A stretch of DNA of 64,000 nucleotides from the NCBI GenBank assembly GCA_027021335.1, contig JALUUO010000018.1, positions 1,571 to 65,570 of the forward strand. Direction: 5' to 3'. The notes below the pieces were generated by a model. It was not told the origin of the DNA and did no database searches. It was given only the letters and a program-made list of their open reading frames with translations. Numbering within the stretch: position 1 is the first letter of the stretch; every line of letters starts with the position of its first letter. Shown here in pieces: positions 1 to 9,476 of the stretch. This DNA is from Nitrospirota bacterium. Lineage in GTDB: Bacteria > Nitrospirota > Thermodesulfovibrionia > SZUA-242. The translations under genes and the position numbers were made by a program.

Positions 1-2
1 TC

Positions 3-224
3 TCTCTATTCGAGATAGCTCCGGTAAATCGCTTAGTTCTCGAAAATGCTTTATCTTTAAAGTTCAAAGACTTTGAAGATGCTGTTTTACATGAGTCAGC
101 GTGCCATGCTGGGGCAAAATATATTGTTACCAGAAACATCTTTGATTTCAAAAAAACAAAATTACCTGTTTTTGATCCGGCAGGGTTTATAAATGCGTTG
201 GAATCATTAAAAAATAATGGCTAA
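3..224 (+). CDS. C-terminal fragment of a PIN-domain (VapC-like) protein; the 5' end lies outside the window
   Basis: Frame-3 translation reads ...ALSLKFKDFEDAVLHESACHAGAKYIVTRNIFDFKKTKLPVFDPAGFINALESLKNNG*. The FEDA...IVTRNxxDF...V..P..F pattern is the typical C-terminal half of PIN-domain toxins. Stop TAA at 222-224. Confidence 0.45.
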   Translation, partial: SLFEIAPVNRLVLENALSLKFKDFEDAVLHESACHAGAKYIVTRNIFDFKKTKLPVFDPAGFINALESLKNNG

Positions 225-587
225 CGCAGTGGGTGAAGGCGAACGTGGATTAGACGGGGCAGTTGTAACCTTCTGGCAGTCAGGTCGGGAAGATTTCGTT
301 CATGAAAATCTGCAATAACCTGTTCTATTAATAGATTCATAACGGCTGATCTATCTTTTTATGAAAGATAAAACAAGACAAATTTATGGCTGACCGGAAG
401 GCAAGCATTCCTCACTTTTGCGAATGTGACTTTGGGGACACTATGCAAAACTATTGATAGGTAAAACTAAAAACCGGCACATAAAATGTGATATACTTAC
501 AGTGAATCTGGCTCTGATAAGGCATTCATTTACAACAAAAGTTTACACCTGGGGAGTTGCTCTCTGGTTTTTTCCTTAAGCCTGTGC

Positions 588-920
588 TTGGCTACACTTT
601 GTGTCCCAGCCGTCATTATCCGTAAGAAACAGAAGAAGTCATCAATTGAAATAATGCTAAACTCCCAAATCATATATAAAGAAGAAAAAGAAATATATTT
701 GAAATTTTATATAGCCCCTGAAATTCTAGAATATCGAGCCAAGATCAAAATAAAAAACAAGGGTAAAAAACCTGTTACGGTTGAGTTGACTTTTACAGGT
801 ATTGAACCCCTTGCTGCTCCAATGCCTCCTGAGCATCATATAATTAAAAGCGAATCTATTTCTGCCTTGTTCCCCAAAATTGTACGGTGGGCCAAAAGAT
901 ATGGATATGTAATTGTTTGA
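588..920 (+). CDS. hypothetical small lysine-rich protein in an AT-rich stretch; may not be coding
   Basis: 110-aa ORF in a region visibly AT-richer than the rest of the window. No recognisable motif and no convincing RBS identified. Confidence 0.2.
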   Translation: MATLCVPAVIIRKKQKKSSIEIMLNSQIIYKEEKEIYLKFYIAPEILEYRAKIKIKNKGKKPVTVELTFTGIEPLAAPMPPEHHIIKSESISALFPKIVRWAKRYGYVIV

Positions 921-1101
921 GAATGCTTCTATCAAAAAGCCGCCGGAAGTATATAACCTCTGGCGGCTCGGCTGAAATCGGACGGAAACTCTTCTACTCT
1001 TCCCGATCCATTAGTCCCGTTGCTCTGCGTCCCAGGGTTTCACATGGGTTTGCTCTGAGCGGTATAGGCCTTTTGTTTTATTATGAAGTTGGCTGTTTAC
1101 A

Positions 1102-2193
1102 TTATCGTATTTTTCCCCGCATCTCTTTCATCATATCTTCGAGCTCTTGCTCCACTTTTGTCAGGTCATTGTAATTGTACGGTCGTTTGGGAGTTTTAAA
1201 GCGGGACTTGCGGATTTTTTTCTCTTCGGCAGGTGTTCCGGGCTTTACTGTCTGTTTAGGAGCTTTTTCATTAGAAAAGATTTCAGATTTTGTTTTTGCA
1301 GGTGATGCCAGCGGCTGTTTTATTTTGCCCGGCCTGGTTTTTGGCGGCTCTGTCACTGACGACTCTGTCACTGACGGCTCCGTCACTGACGGCTCCGTCG
1401 CTGGCGGTTTTGTCGCAAAGGTTTCTTCAGACTCTGTAGTTGCAGCCGGAGTTATATAGGCTATACTTAAATCTTGCAGTGCGAGCCAGTCATGCACCAC
1501 TTCGGATTTCAATGCGAAGTTTATTCCGGTTATTGCCAGACCGTCATCGCTACGACGGGCAATGCTTGTGTTTACTCCCACCAGGCAGCCGCGGCTGTCC
1601 AGAAGCGGTCCGCCGGAGTTTCCGCGGTTTAAACTTGTATCTGTCTGGTACATATGCTTGCCTTTGACTCCCCCAAAATCCGAAAACTCTCCGCTGATCC
1701 GGCCGTAAGTAAGCGACCAGAAGCCGCCCTGCTCCGGGTGTCCTATTGCCACTACTTCCTGACCGATATGGACACTGTCAGGGCTGGAAAGGCAGATATA
1801 GTTCAGGCCGGAAGGCGTCTGTTCGATTTTAAGCACAGCGATATCAAGAGGCCTGGAGACGGCCAGTATCCTGGCGGCGTAACCTTTGTTTAGATCTTTC
1901 TTTACATCACCTGTCAAACGTTCCGGCTTAAAAAAGACGGAGATCTTCGGGTAAGGTTTTCCTGTACTGCCTATACTTATAACATGAGCATTGGTAACCA
2001 CCAGACCGTTTTCTGAAATCAGTGATCCAGCGCCTATTGAGGCCTGAGTTTTTCCTCCGGAGGCCCAGATGGCGACCACCGACGGTCCGTATTTGCTGTA
2101 AATAGTTTCCGCGGGAAATTCCGACGCATAAGACGGTAGTGCCAGAAATAAAGACAGAGACAAGCTCAAAAACAGTCTAATAAAGTTGTTCAC
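1102..2193 (-). CDS. secreted trypsin-like serine protease (S1/HtrA-like catalytic domain, no PDZ) with a C-terminal Pro/Lys-rich repeat tail
   Basis: N-terminal signal peptide MNNFIRLFLSLSLSLFLALPSYASE. GNSGGPLL catalytic-Ser motif, with the 'TNAHV' histidine upstream. C-terminal (V/S)TEPS pentapeptide repeats followed by a K-rich tail. Confidence 0.7.
   Translation of the reverse strand: MNNFIRLFLSLSLSLFLALPSYASEFPAETIYSKYGPSVVAIWASGGKTQASIGAGSLISENGLVVTNAHVISIGSTGKPYPKISVFFKPERLTGDVKKDLNKGYAARILAVSRPLDIAVLKIEQTPSGLNYICLSSPDSVHIGQEVVAIGHPEQGGFWSLTYGRISGEFSDFGGVKGKHMYQTDTSLNRGNSGGPLLDSRGCLVGVNTSIARRSDDGLAITGINFALKSEVVHDWLALQDLSIAYITPAATTESEETFATKPPATEPSVTEPSVTESSVTEPPKTRPGKIKQPLASPAKTKSEIFSNEKAPKQTVKPGTPAEEKKIRKSRFKTPKRPYNYNDLTKVEQELEDMMKEMRGKIR
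1345..1404 (+). repeat. four tandem 15-bp repeats (ggctcYgtcactgac-like) that encode the (V/S)TEPS repeat tail of the protease on the opposite strand
   Basis: Direct reading gives ggctctgtcactgac / gactctgtcactgac / ggctccgtcactgac / ggctccgtcgctggc. Confidence 0.8.
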
Positions 2194-2207
2194 TTAATCT
2201 GTCCGCT

Positions 2208-2786
2208 TTACTTCTTCTGTATTTTGCTTTCTTCCTTTTCCAGCTCATCATGAAGCCGTTCGGCGTTTTCTCTTATATAATCCCTTGCCTTGGCGTTTAA
2301 GTTTTTGGCCTTCTTTAACGCGTCTTTGAAGCTGTCAAGATCAAGCCGGGCAAGTGCAAAAAGCTCACCTGTGTCCGCCTGCCAGCGATCAATTATTTCT
2401 ACGCCCGAAAGCGTTGCGCTTGTAACCGTTTTTATAGCTTGCTCGACATGCTGCTCTTCTGATGTAACATTAGGGTCGGCCGCAGTGGTGGAAGCCGCGT
2501 AATCCTTCATAAGTGATGACGTATATACTTCGAAAACCTTGGCCAGTTCGTTGCGTGCCCTGTTGTCTGATGTAGAGCGCAGAAGAGCATGGTTTCTGAT
2601 TCCGGAAGCCGAACCCACACCATAAAATACCTTGCCGCGATCATCTTCAAAGGCGCCGCTTCCCTTAAGCACCCATGTTGGTGCACCGGCCATATACCCA
2701 CTTTTTACGATATCCTTTCCACCGCAACTGGATAAAACTAATAGGCTGATAACAAGCAAGCCAATGATTTTGGTCAGGTTTTTCAT
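2208..2786 (-). CDS. LPP20-family lipoprotein
   Basis: Signal peptide plus lipobox LSSCGG. GAPTWVL...ARNELAK...LFALARLD blocks resemble the Helicobacter LPP20 architecture. The 14-bp gap to the protease gene suggests a shared operon. Confidence 0.5.
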   Translation of the reverse strand: MKNLTKIIGLLVISLLVLSSCGGKDIVKSGYMAGAPTWVLKGSGAFEDDRGKVFYGVGSASGIRNHALLRSTSDNRARNELAKVFEVYTSSLMKDYAASTTAADPNVTSEEQHVEQAIKTVTSATLSGVEIIDRWQADTGELFALARLDLDSFKDALKKAKNLNAKARDYIRENAERLHDELEKEESKIQKK

Positions 2787-2940
2787 CGTTTTTTCTCCTT
2801 GTTAATATTATCCGGGTTCCAGGCATGGAACACGTAATTCTATATTAGATTCGCATACTAGCATATTAGCCATAGTTCGGCAGAAAAGCAAGCAATAAAG
2901 TTTTGCCAAAAAAATAGGCTGGTTATGCTATATTTTATAG

Positions 2941-4203
2941 ATGCGGCGCGTGGTTGTAACTGGGTTGGGTGTGGTGACGCCGCTGGGCTCTAATATTGAT
3001 AAAAGCTGGCATCGGCTTAAGCAAGGGTTATCCGGTATAACGTTTCTGGATAGGCAGGAGTTTGAAGGGCTGGGCTGTAGGGTCGGCGGTGAAGTCACTG
3101 ATTTTAATCCTTCTGTTTTCCTCTCGCAAAAAGAAATACAGAGATGGGATCTTTTTGTTCAATACGCAGTAGCTGCTGTTTCCATGGCCCTGGCCGATGC
3201 CGGCCTTGATCCGAAGAAGTTTGATGAGACTTTTAAGCCGGGGGTAATTATAGGGTCGGGCCGTGGTGGAATAAAAACTATTACAGAAAACATCAAAAGG
3301 GATTTATCCGGCAGCCGTTTCTCCGCCTACCTTATGCCGGCCACAACCCCGTTTATGGCAGCTGCCGCAGCTGCAATGAAGTATAACCTGTCCGGACCGT
3401 CCCTGGGCATATCAACCGCATGTGCATCAGGAGCCCATGCAATAGGGGAGGCCTTCAGGTGGATCCGGCACGGCTACGCAGAGATGGTTGTGGCCGGTGG
3501 TGCAGAAGCGGCTCTCTGCCGGCCGGCTCTTGGCGGGTATGATGCTGCCGGGGCGTTGTCGCGCCGGAACAATGCGCCTGAAAAAGCTTCAAGACCGTTT
3601 GACGCCGGCCGTGACGGTTTTGTTGTCTCTGAAGGAGCAGGCATTGTTCTGCTTGAAAGTTACGAGTCGGCCAGTGCGCGCGGAGCTATGATACAAGGAG
3701 AGATTATAGGCTACGGGCAGAGTACTGACGCGGCACATGAGACCAGGCCGAATGCTGAAGGAGAAGCCCGGGCCATGGAGCTGGCGCTTTTGGATGCAGA
3801 AGTCCGGCCGGAAGAGATAGGTTTTATAAGCGCTCACGGAACATCAACCCTTCTTGGTGACAGGACGGAAACTCTTGCTATTAAAAAGGTTTTTTCAGGC
3901 AAAACTGCCGGGAAAGTTCCTGTTACAGCCAACAAATCCGTTATTGGCCATATGTTGGGAGCGGGCGGCGCTGTGGAAGCTGTATTTACTCTTCTTTCGC
4001 TTAAAGAAGGCCTGATTCCGGTCACGATCAACCTGGAGAACTCCGACCCGGAGTGCGACTTGGACTATGTCACGGACGGACCAAGGTCTGTAAGTCTTGA
4101 GACGGCTATGTCGAACTCTTTTGGTTTTGGAGGGTGTAACGCTGTTTTGATCTTTAGAAGTATCCAGGCTGATAAAGCCGGCAAAGCCGATAAAAAATGT
4201 TAA
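2941..4203 (+). CDS. fabF: beta-ketoacyl-ACP synthase (FabF/FabB family, KAS I/II)
   Basis: [17 protein letters not shown]-terminus. Active-site Cys in [15 protein letters not shown], with the His motifs SAHGTST and GHMLGAGG. 420 aa. Confidence 0.8.
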   Translation: MRRVVVTGLGVVTPLGSNIDKSWHRLKQGLSGITFLDRQEFEGLGCRVGGEVTDFNPSVFLSQKEIQRWDLFVQYAVAAVSMALADAGLDPKKFDETFKPGVIIGSGRGGIKTITENIKRDLSGSRFSAYLMPATTPFMAAAAAAMKYNLSGPSLGISTACASGAHAIGEAFRWIRHGYAEMVVAGGAEAALCRPALGGYDAAGALSRRNNAPEKASRPFDAGRDGFVVSEGAGIVLLESYESASARGAMIQGEIIGYGQSTDAAHETRPNAEGEARAMELALLDAEVRPEEIGFISAHGTSTLLGDRTETLAIKKVFSGKTAGKVPVTANKSVIGHMLGAGGAVEAVFTLLSLKEGLIPVTINLENSDPECDLDYVTDGPRSVSLETAMSNSFGFGGCNAVLIFRSIQADKAGKADKKC

Positions 4204-6719
4204 GTCAACAACTTCAAGACTCTATCGTTGTAAAGGGTGCAAAGGAGCATAACCTTAAAAATATTCATTTAAGCATCCCGCGAAACAAACTTGTGGTTAT
4301 TACCGGCCCGTCTGGATCTGGAAAATCATCTCTGGCCTTTGACACGCTTTACGCCGAGGGCCAGCGCCGCTATGTAGAGAGTTTATCCGCCTATGCCAGG
4401 CAATTTCTTGAGCAGCTGCAGAAACCGGACGTAGAATCTATCGAAGGGCTTTCTCCTTCCATCGCCATTGAACAGAAAACCGCCTCCCGTAATCCAAGGT
4501 CCACTCTGGGCACCATAACCGAAATCTACGATTACCTGCGCGTGCTTTACACTCGTGTTGGTCGGGCCAATTGCCCCGATTGTGGTAACGCTATAACTTC
4601 TCAAGGTGTACAGCAGCTCCATGAACAGGTTTTTTCGTTGCCTGACGGGAGCCGGGTGCAGATTCTTGCTCCAATAGTCAGGGGAAGAAAGGGTGAGCAC
4701 AAAAGCGAGCTGGATCGCCTGCGCCGTGACGGTTTTATCAGGGCTAGAATAGACGGACATATAACCGACCTTACGGAAAATATCAAGCTGGATAAACGGA
4801 AACTCCACACAATAGAGGTGGTTGTTGACCGTTTGATAATAAAAACAGGTATAGCCGTCCGGCTTTCGAATGCGCTTGACCTGGCGCTTAGGTACTCGGA
4901 CCTGGTTCAGGTGAATCTTGTGGACGAGGACAGGGATCTTATATTCAGCCGGTCGATGGCATGTCTTCAGTGCGGGTTCAGCTACCCGGAGATCTCACCG
5001 AGGTTCTTTTCGTTCAACAGCCCTTACGGAGCCTGTCAAAAGTGTCGAGGTCTTGGCAGGTTGGATGCAGACTTGGAAGAGAGGAATAAAAGTTTCGCCG
5101 CTGATTTAGTCTGTCCGCAGTGTAGAGGCGCACGGCTTCGAAAAGAGGCGCTGTCAGTACTGGTGGGAGGGCTTAATATTTATCAAGTTTCTGCAAAGAC
5201 AGTGTCTGAGGCAGCTGAATTTATGAACAGTCTTAAGCTATCGAAGCGTGAGAACCAGATTGCCGCGCGCGTGGTGAGGGAGATAAGAGACAGGCTCGGC
5301 TTTCTGATAAAGGTCGGTCTTTCGTATCTCACGCTTAACCGTCCCGCCTATACTCTCTCAGGTGGAGAGTCACAGAGAATACGGCTGGCAACACAGATTG
5401 GTTCATCTCTGACCGGGGTTCTCTACATTCTGGATGAACCCAGCATAGGTCTTCATCAGCGTGATTGCGGCCGTCTTCTTAATGCGCTCGAGGCTCTTCG
5501 TGATGCCGATAACACCGTTATAGTCGTGGAACACGATGAAGAGACTATTCGTAGAGCCGATTATATTATCGATATGGGGCCTGAAGCGGGCGAACACGGA
5601 GGTATGGTGGTTTGTTCAGGAAGTTTACGGGAAATAGAGAAATGCGCGGAATCCCCTACCGGTGTGTACCTGAGAGGTGAGCAATTCATACCTGTTCCGG
5701 ACGTAAGGCGCAAACCACGAAACACAATAAAAATCCTGGAGGCTTCAGAGCATAATCTGAAGAATATAGATGTCGTAATTCCACTTGGTGTGATGACCTG
5801 TGTAACCGGGGTTTCCGGCTCGGGGAAGTCCACCCTGGTTTTCGATATTCTTTACAGGGCACTGGCTCAAAGGCTTTACCGGGCAAAAGCTCCTGTCGGC
5901 AGGCATAAGGAAATATCAGGTATAGAAAAAATAGAGAGAGTGATCCATATTGACCAGGCACCGCTTGGCAGAAGTCCTAGGTCTAATGCTGCTACCTACA
6001 CGGGTCTCTTCTCTCTTATTCGCAGCCTGTTTTCGCGAACCAACGAGGCCAGGGTCAGGGGATACAGCCCTGGACGTTTCAGCTTTAACGTAAAGGGAGG
6101 CAGATGCGAAGAATGCAGGGGCGATGGTATGAAAAAGGTGGAGATGCATTATCTTCCGGATGTATATGTGCCGTGTGAGGTTTGCAAAGGCAGCAGGTTT
6201 AGTCGAGAGACCCTGTCTGTACGCTACAGGGGTTTAAGCATTGCTGATGTGATGGCTATGACGGTATCCCGGGCACTTGATTTTTTCTCAAGACACGAGC
6301 CTCTGCGGAGAAAACTACAGCTTCTGGATGAAGTGGGCCTGGGCTATCTTAAGCTCGGTCAGTCTGCTACCACACTTTCCGGCGGCGAGGCACAGAGGGT
6401 GAAATTAGCCAAAGAACTCAGCCGCAGAGCCCTGGGAGAAACACTTTATATCCTGGACGAACCAACCACAGGACTGCATTTCAAAGATATAAGAAAGCTG
6501 CTGGATGTCTTAAATGCGCTGGTGAACGCCGGCGGTACAGTACTGGTTATAGAACACAATATGGAGGTTGTCAAAAGCGCTGACCATCTAATCGATCTTG
6601 GACCGGAAGGAGGCGAAACCGGTGGTTTTTTAGTGGATGCAGGTACGCCTGAGGAAGTTGCGAAAAACCCCGATTCCGTAACCGGACATTATCTTAAAAA
6701 GTCTTTGATTTGTTCATGA
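4197..6719 (+). CDS. uvrA: excinuclease ABC subunit A (UvrA), a short 840-aa form that lacks the insertion domain
   Basis: Two ABC ATPase modules ([34 protein letters not shown]; [11 protein letters not shown]) and zinc-finger CxxC pairs. UvrB-binding-domain-like segments are present ([16 protein letters not shown]). Only about 25 aa separate the CQKC and CPQC pairs, where E. coli has about 120 aa. The start overlaps fabF by 7 nt. Confidence 0.85.
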   Translation: MLSQQLQDSIVVKGAKEHNLKNIHLSIPRNKLVVITGPSGSGKSSLAFDTLYAEGQRRYVESLSAYARQFLEQLQKPDVESIEGLSPSIAIEQKTASRNPRSTLGTITEIYDYLRVLYTRVGRANCPDCGNAITSQGVQQLHEQVFSLPDGSRVQILAPIVRGRKGEHKSELDRLRRDGFIRARIDGHITDLTENIKLDKRKLHTIEVVVDRLIIKTGIAVRLSNALDLALRYSDLVQVNLVDEDRDLIFSRSMACLQCGFSYPEISPRFFSFNSPYGACQKCRGLGRLDADLEERNKSFAADLVCPQCRGARLRKEALSVLVGGLNIYQVSAKTVSEAAEFMNSLKLSKRENQIAARVVREIRDRLGFLIKVGLSYLTLNRPAYTLSGGESQRIRLATQIGSSLTGVLYILDEPSIGLHQRDCGRLLNALEALRDADNTVIVVEHDEETIRRADYIIDMGPEAGEHGGMVVCSGSLREIEKCAESPTGVYLRGEQFIPVPDVRRKPRNTIKILEASEHNLKNIDVVIPLGVMTCVTGVSGSGKSTLVFDILYRALAQRLYRAKAPVGRHKEISGIEKIERVIHIDQAPLGRSPRSNAATYTGLFSLIRSLFSRTNEARVRGYSPGRFSFNVKGGRCEECRGDGMKKVEMHYLPDVYVPCEVCKGSRFSRETLSVRYRGLSIADVMAMTVSRALDFFSRHEPLRRKLQLLDEVGLGYLKLGQSATTLSGGEAQRVKLAKELSRRALGETLYILDEPTTGLHFKDIRKLLDVLNALVNAGGTVLVIEHNMEVVKSADHLIDLGPEGGETGGFLVDAGTPEEVAKNPDSVTGHYLKKSLICS

Positions 6720-7747
6720 ATAAGTATTGCAAGTACTTCGGCATTCGGAATTCAACATCCAGTATTTTCATAGCGTTATGTTTTATGGTCGGCTTACTTC
6801 TGCCGGCAGGATGTGAGCAGAACCCTCTTATTTATAAAAACACGCGTCCCCTTATGGGTACGTATGTGACCATAACAGTTCTGGCCGATTCCAGAAAGCA
6901 GGCAGAAGAGGCTATTGATGCAGGATTTTTAGAAGTCGAGAGGCTTGAGGCTATGCTTAGCCTTTGGAGGCCTGATAGCGAGTTGTCACGTCTAAATGCG
7001 ACAGCCTTTGACCGGCCGGTTGAAGTGTCCAGAGACCTTATTGATATTTCAAGAAAATCTCTCGAAATAGCGCGCCTTACAGATGGTGCCTTTGATCCTA
7101 CCATCGGCCCGTTGGTGCGGCTTTGGAATGTAACAAAGAGCAAGGCTCCTCCAGATCCTGAAGAGGTTGAACGTGCCAGGTTGCTGGTGGATTACCGAAA
7201 CATAGATATTAAAGGGCGGACAATACGTTTCTTGAAAAAGGGAATCACGTTTGACCCCGGTGGGATTGCCAAGGGATATACGGCCGACCGGGTGGTTGCT
7301 GTTTTGAAGGGGATGGGAATTAAAAGCGGTATAGTAGCTGTGGCCGGAGATATAAAAGTGTTCGGAGGTGGCGTTGGAGAAAAAGATGATCCTTGGCGGG
7401 TAGGTATTCAGGACCCGCGTGGTGATGGATTAATAGCGTCGGTGGAGCTTACAGACGGAGCGATTTCGACCTCAGGGGACTACGAACGCTACTTTATTTT
7501 TAAAGGGATGCGCTATCACCACCTTCTGGATCCTGCCACCGGCTATCCGGCCTATGGTCTCCAGGGGGTTTCAGTGATGCATGAGCAAGGTGTAAGCTGT
7601 GATGGGTTGGCCACAGGACTTTTTGTGCTGGGGCTGGAGAGGGCCAAGAAAAAGATGGAAGAGATGAACCTGGCCGGTATGATTGTAACGTCGTCCGGAG
7701 AAATTTACGTCAGCACGGCCGCAAGGCGTCATATAGAACTCAACTAA
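6710..7747 (+). CDS. apbE: FAD:protein FMN transferase (ApbE family lipoprotein)
   Basis: Signal peptide plus lipobox LLPAGC. Mature N-terminus [10 protein letters not shown] is the typical ApbE 'MGT.v.I' start. 345 aa. ATG overlaps the uvrA stop. Confidence 0.65.
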   Translation: MFMNKYCKYFGIRNSTSSIFIALCFMVGLLLPAGCEQNPLIYKNTRPLMGTYVTITVLADSRKQAEEAIDAGFLEVERLEAMLSLWRPDSELSRLNATAFDRPVEVSRDLIDISRKSLEIARLTDGAFDPTIGPLVRLWNVTKSKAPPDPEEVERARLLVDYRNIDIKGRTIRFLKKGITFDPGGIAKGYTADRVVAVLKGMGIKSGIVAVAGDIKVFGGGVGEKDDPWRVGIQDPRGDGLIASVELTDGAISTSGDYERYFIFKGMRYHHLLDPATGYPAYGLQGVSVMHEQGVSCDGLATGLFVLGLERAKKKMEEMNLAGMIVTSSGEIYVSTAARRHIELN

Positions 7748-7854
7748 CGGTTTGCCGCAAACAAAGCAGCGCATATCAAGCAAGAAGGAAATAGCTGAAC
7801 CTGGGTGAAAATATCACCCATACCACACATAGGGCAGGTGTGCAGGGTCTGTCA

Positions 7855-9405
7855 CTATAGTGCGATAAGATCATCGAATGCCTTTTTGCTCAGTGCGTAA
7901 TTAACCGCGTCTTCATATGAGATAATTCCCCGCTTGTACAGGCTGGCAAGGGAAAGTTCCAGTACCTGCATATCAGCGCTCGCGGATGTGCTTTGAACCT
8001 TTAGCTGGTAGGGTTTGCCTTCTCTGATAAGAGAGGAAACCCTTGATGAACTCTGCATGATTTCGTAAGCCAGAACCCGGCCCGGCGCGGACTTTCTAGG
8101 CACAAGCCTTTGGGCTATAACGCATACCAAGCTGTCTGCAAGCATCTGTCTGACTACGTTATGCTCGTTGCCGGAGAAATAATTCATTATGGTATCAACT
8201 GTGGAGCATGTATCCATCGTATGCATGGTGGCAAGAACCAGGTGGCCTGTTGCTGCGGCTTTCATCGCAATATATATGGAGTCGGCGTCTCTTAGTTCCC
8301 CGATCATTATGACGTCTGGATTCTGCCGGAATATATGTTTAAGGCCTGAAACAAAAGATGGAGTATCTTCTCCTACCGATCGTTGGTTTATGTTGCTTTT
8401 TTTATGTTTATGCAGGTATTCAATAGGGTCTTCAAGGGTTACTATATTAAATGCTCGGTTTTCATTTATAAGGTCGATAAGCGAAGCAAGTGTGGTTGAT
8501 TTTCCATGTCCTGTGGGGCCGGTTACAAGAATAAGCCCCTGACGAGTGAGTGTCAGTTCTTTGACTACAGCCGGAAGTCCTAATGTGTCGAAGCTGGGTA
8601 TATCAAACTTCAGGTTTCTTGCGCATATGGTTAGAGACCGCCGCTGCCTATAGACAACCACGCGGAACCTTCCAACATTTTCTTTCATATACGCAATCTC
8701 TACATCTTCGTTTTTTGCAAGCTTTTTTTTCTGCTCATCAGTAAGTATCTCTCTTACTAATTTCACAGATGTTTCCACGTCCACTATCGGGAGCTTCAGC
8801 CGCATAAGTTGATTGCCTACTCTTACTGACGGTGGAACTCCGACCGTAACATGGAGGTCCGAACCATCCATCCTGACCATTTCAGAAAGCAGGTCATCTA
8901 TGTTTAATGTCTCCATTTTATCCGATATTTTCTTGAGCTGACCTAGTTCATAAGGCTTTTTGGCATAACCAACCTGCTCGAAAAATTTGATTATCTCACC
9001 TACCTGGTAGCTGGAAGCAAGGACCGGGTAGACAGTTAAATCCGTTTTAAAACGAATATCCTCGATTACGGCATAGTCGGTGGGGTCTTCCATTGCCAGG
9101 GTAAGGCGGCGGTTTTGTATCTCTACAGGCACGACGTTATAGCGTTTTACCAGTTCACCAGGGAATCTCTTCTGGGTGTCTACAGAAATGACTTTTGTGG
9201 ATATATCTATAAAAGGCACCCTCAGGGATTCACTCAGGGTTTCTAGTATCTGCTTTTCTGTAACATATCCAAGCACGATAAGCGATGCGCCAAGTTTGGT
9301 CCCGTGCTGGTGTGCGTTTTTCAAGGCCTCAGTGAGTTGGGGGTGGCTGATGAGACCTTTGGCAAGAAGAATTTCTCCAAGCCGTTTTTTTTGTGCCTTT
9401 GCCAT
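7855..9405 (-). CDS. PilT/GspE-superfamily secretion ATPase: PilT-like core with an N-terminal MshEN-like (putative c-di-GMP-binding) domain
   Basis: N-terminus RLGEILLAKGLISHPQLTEAL...KLGASLIVLGYVTEKQILETL matches the MshEN RLGxxLxxxGxxxxxQLxxAL tandem motif. Walker A is GPTGHGKST. The core (EDPIEY...INQRSVGEDT...GELRD...ATGHLVLATMHT) is PilT-like. No pilin or T2SS genes are nearby. Confidence 0.65.
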   Translation of the reverse strand: MAKAQKKRLGEILLAKGLISHPQLTEALKNAHQHGTKLGASLIVLGYVTEKQILETLSESLRVPFIDISTKVISVDTQKRFPGELVKRYNVVPVEIQNRRLTLAMEDPTDYAVIEDIRFKTDLTVYPVLASSYQVGEIIKFFEQVGYAKKPYELGQLKKISDKMETLNIDDLLSEMVRMDGSDLHVTVGVPPSVRVGNQLMRLKLPIVDVETSVKLVREILTDEQKKKLAKNEDVEIAYMKENVGRFRVVVYRQRRSLTICARNLKFDIPSFDTLGLPAVVKELTLTRQGLILVTGPTGHGKSTTLASLIDLINENRAFNIVTLEDPIEYLHKHKKSNINQRSVGEDTPSFVSGLKHIFRQNPDVIMIGELRDADSIYIAMKAAATGHLVLATMHTMDTCSTVDTIMNYFSGNEHNVVRQMLADSLVCVIAQRLVPRKSAPGRVLAYEIMQSSSRVSSLIREGKPYQLKVQSTSASADMQVLELSLASLYKRGIISYEDAVNYALSKKAFDDLIAL

Positions 9406-9476
9406 AAATACAGATCCTCCTTAGCTGTTAGTGGAAACGGACTTTAATACCAAAAATACCTTAATAAGCCTAACTA

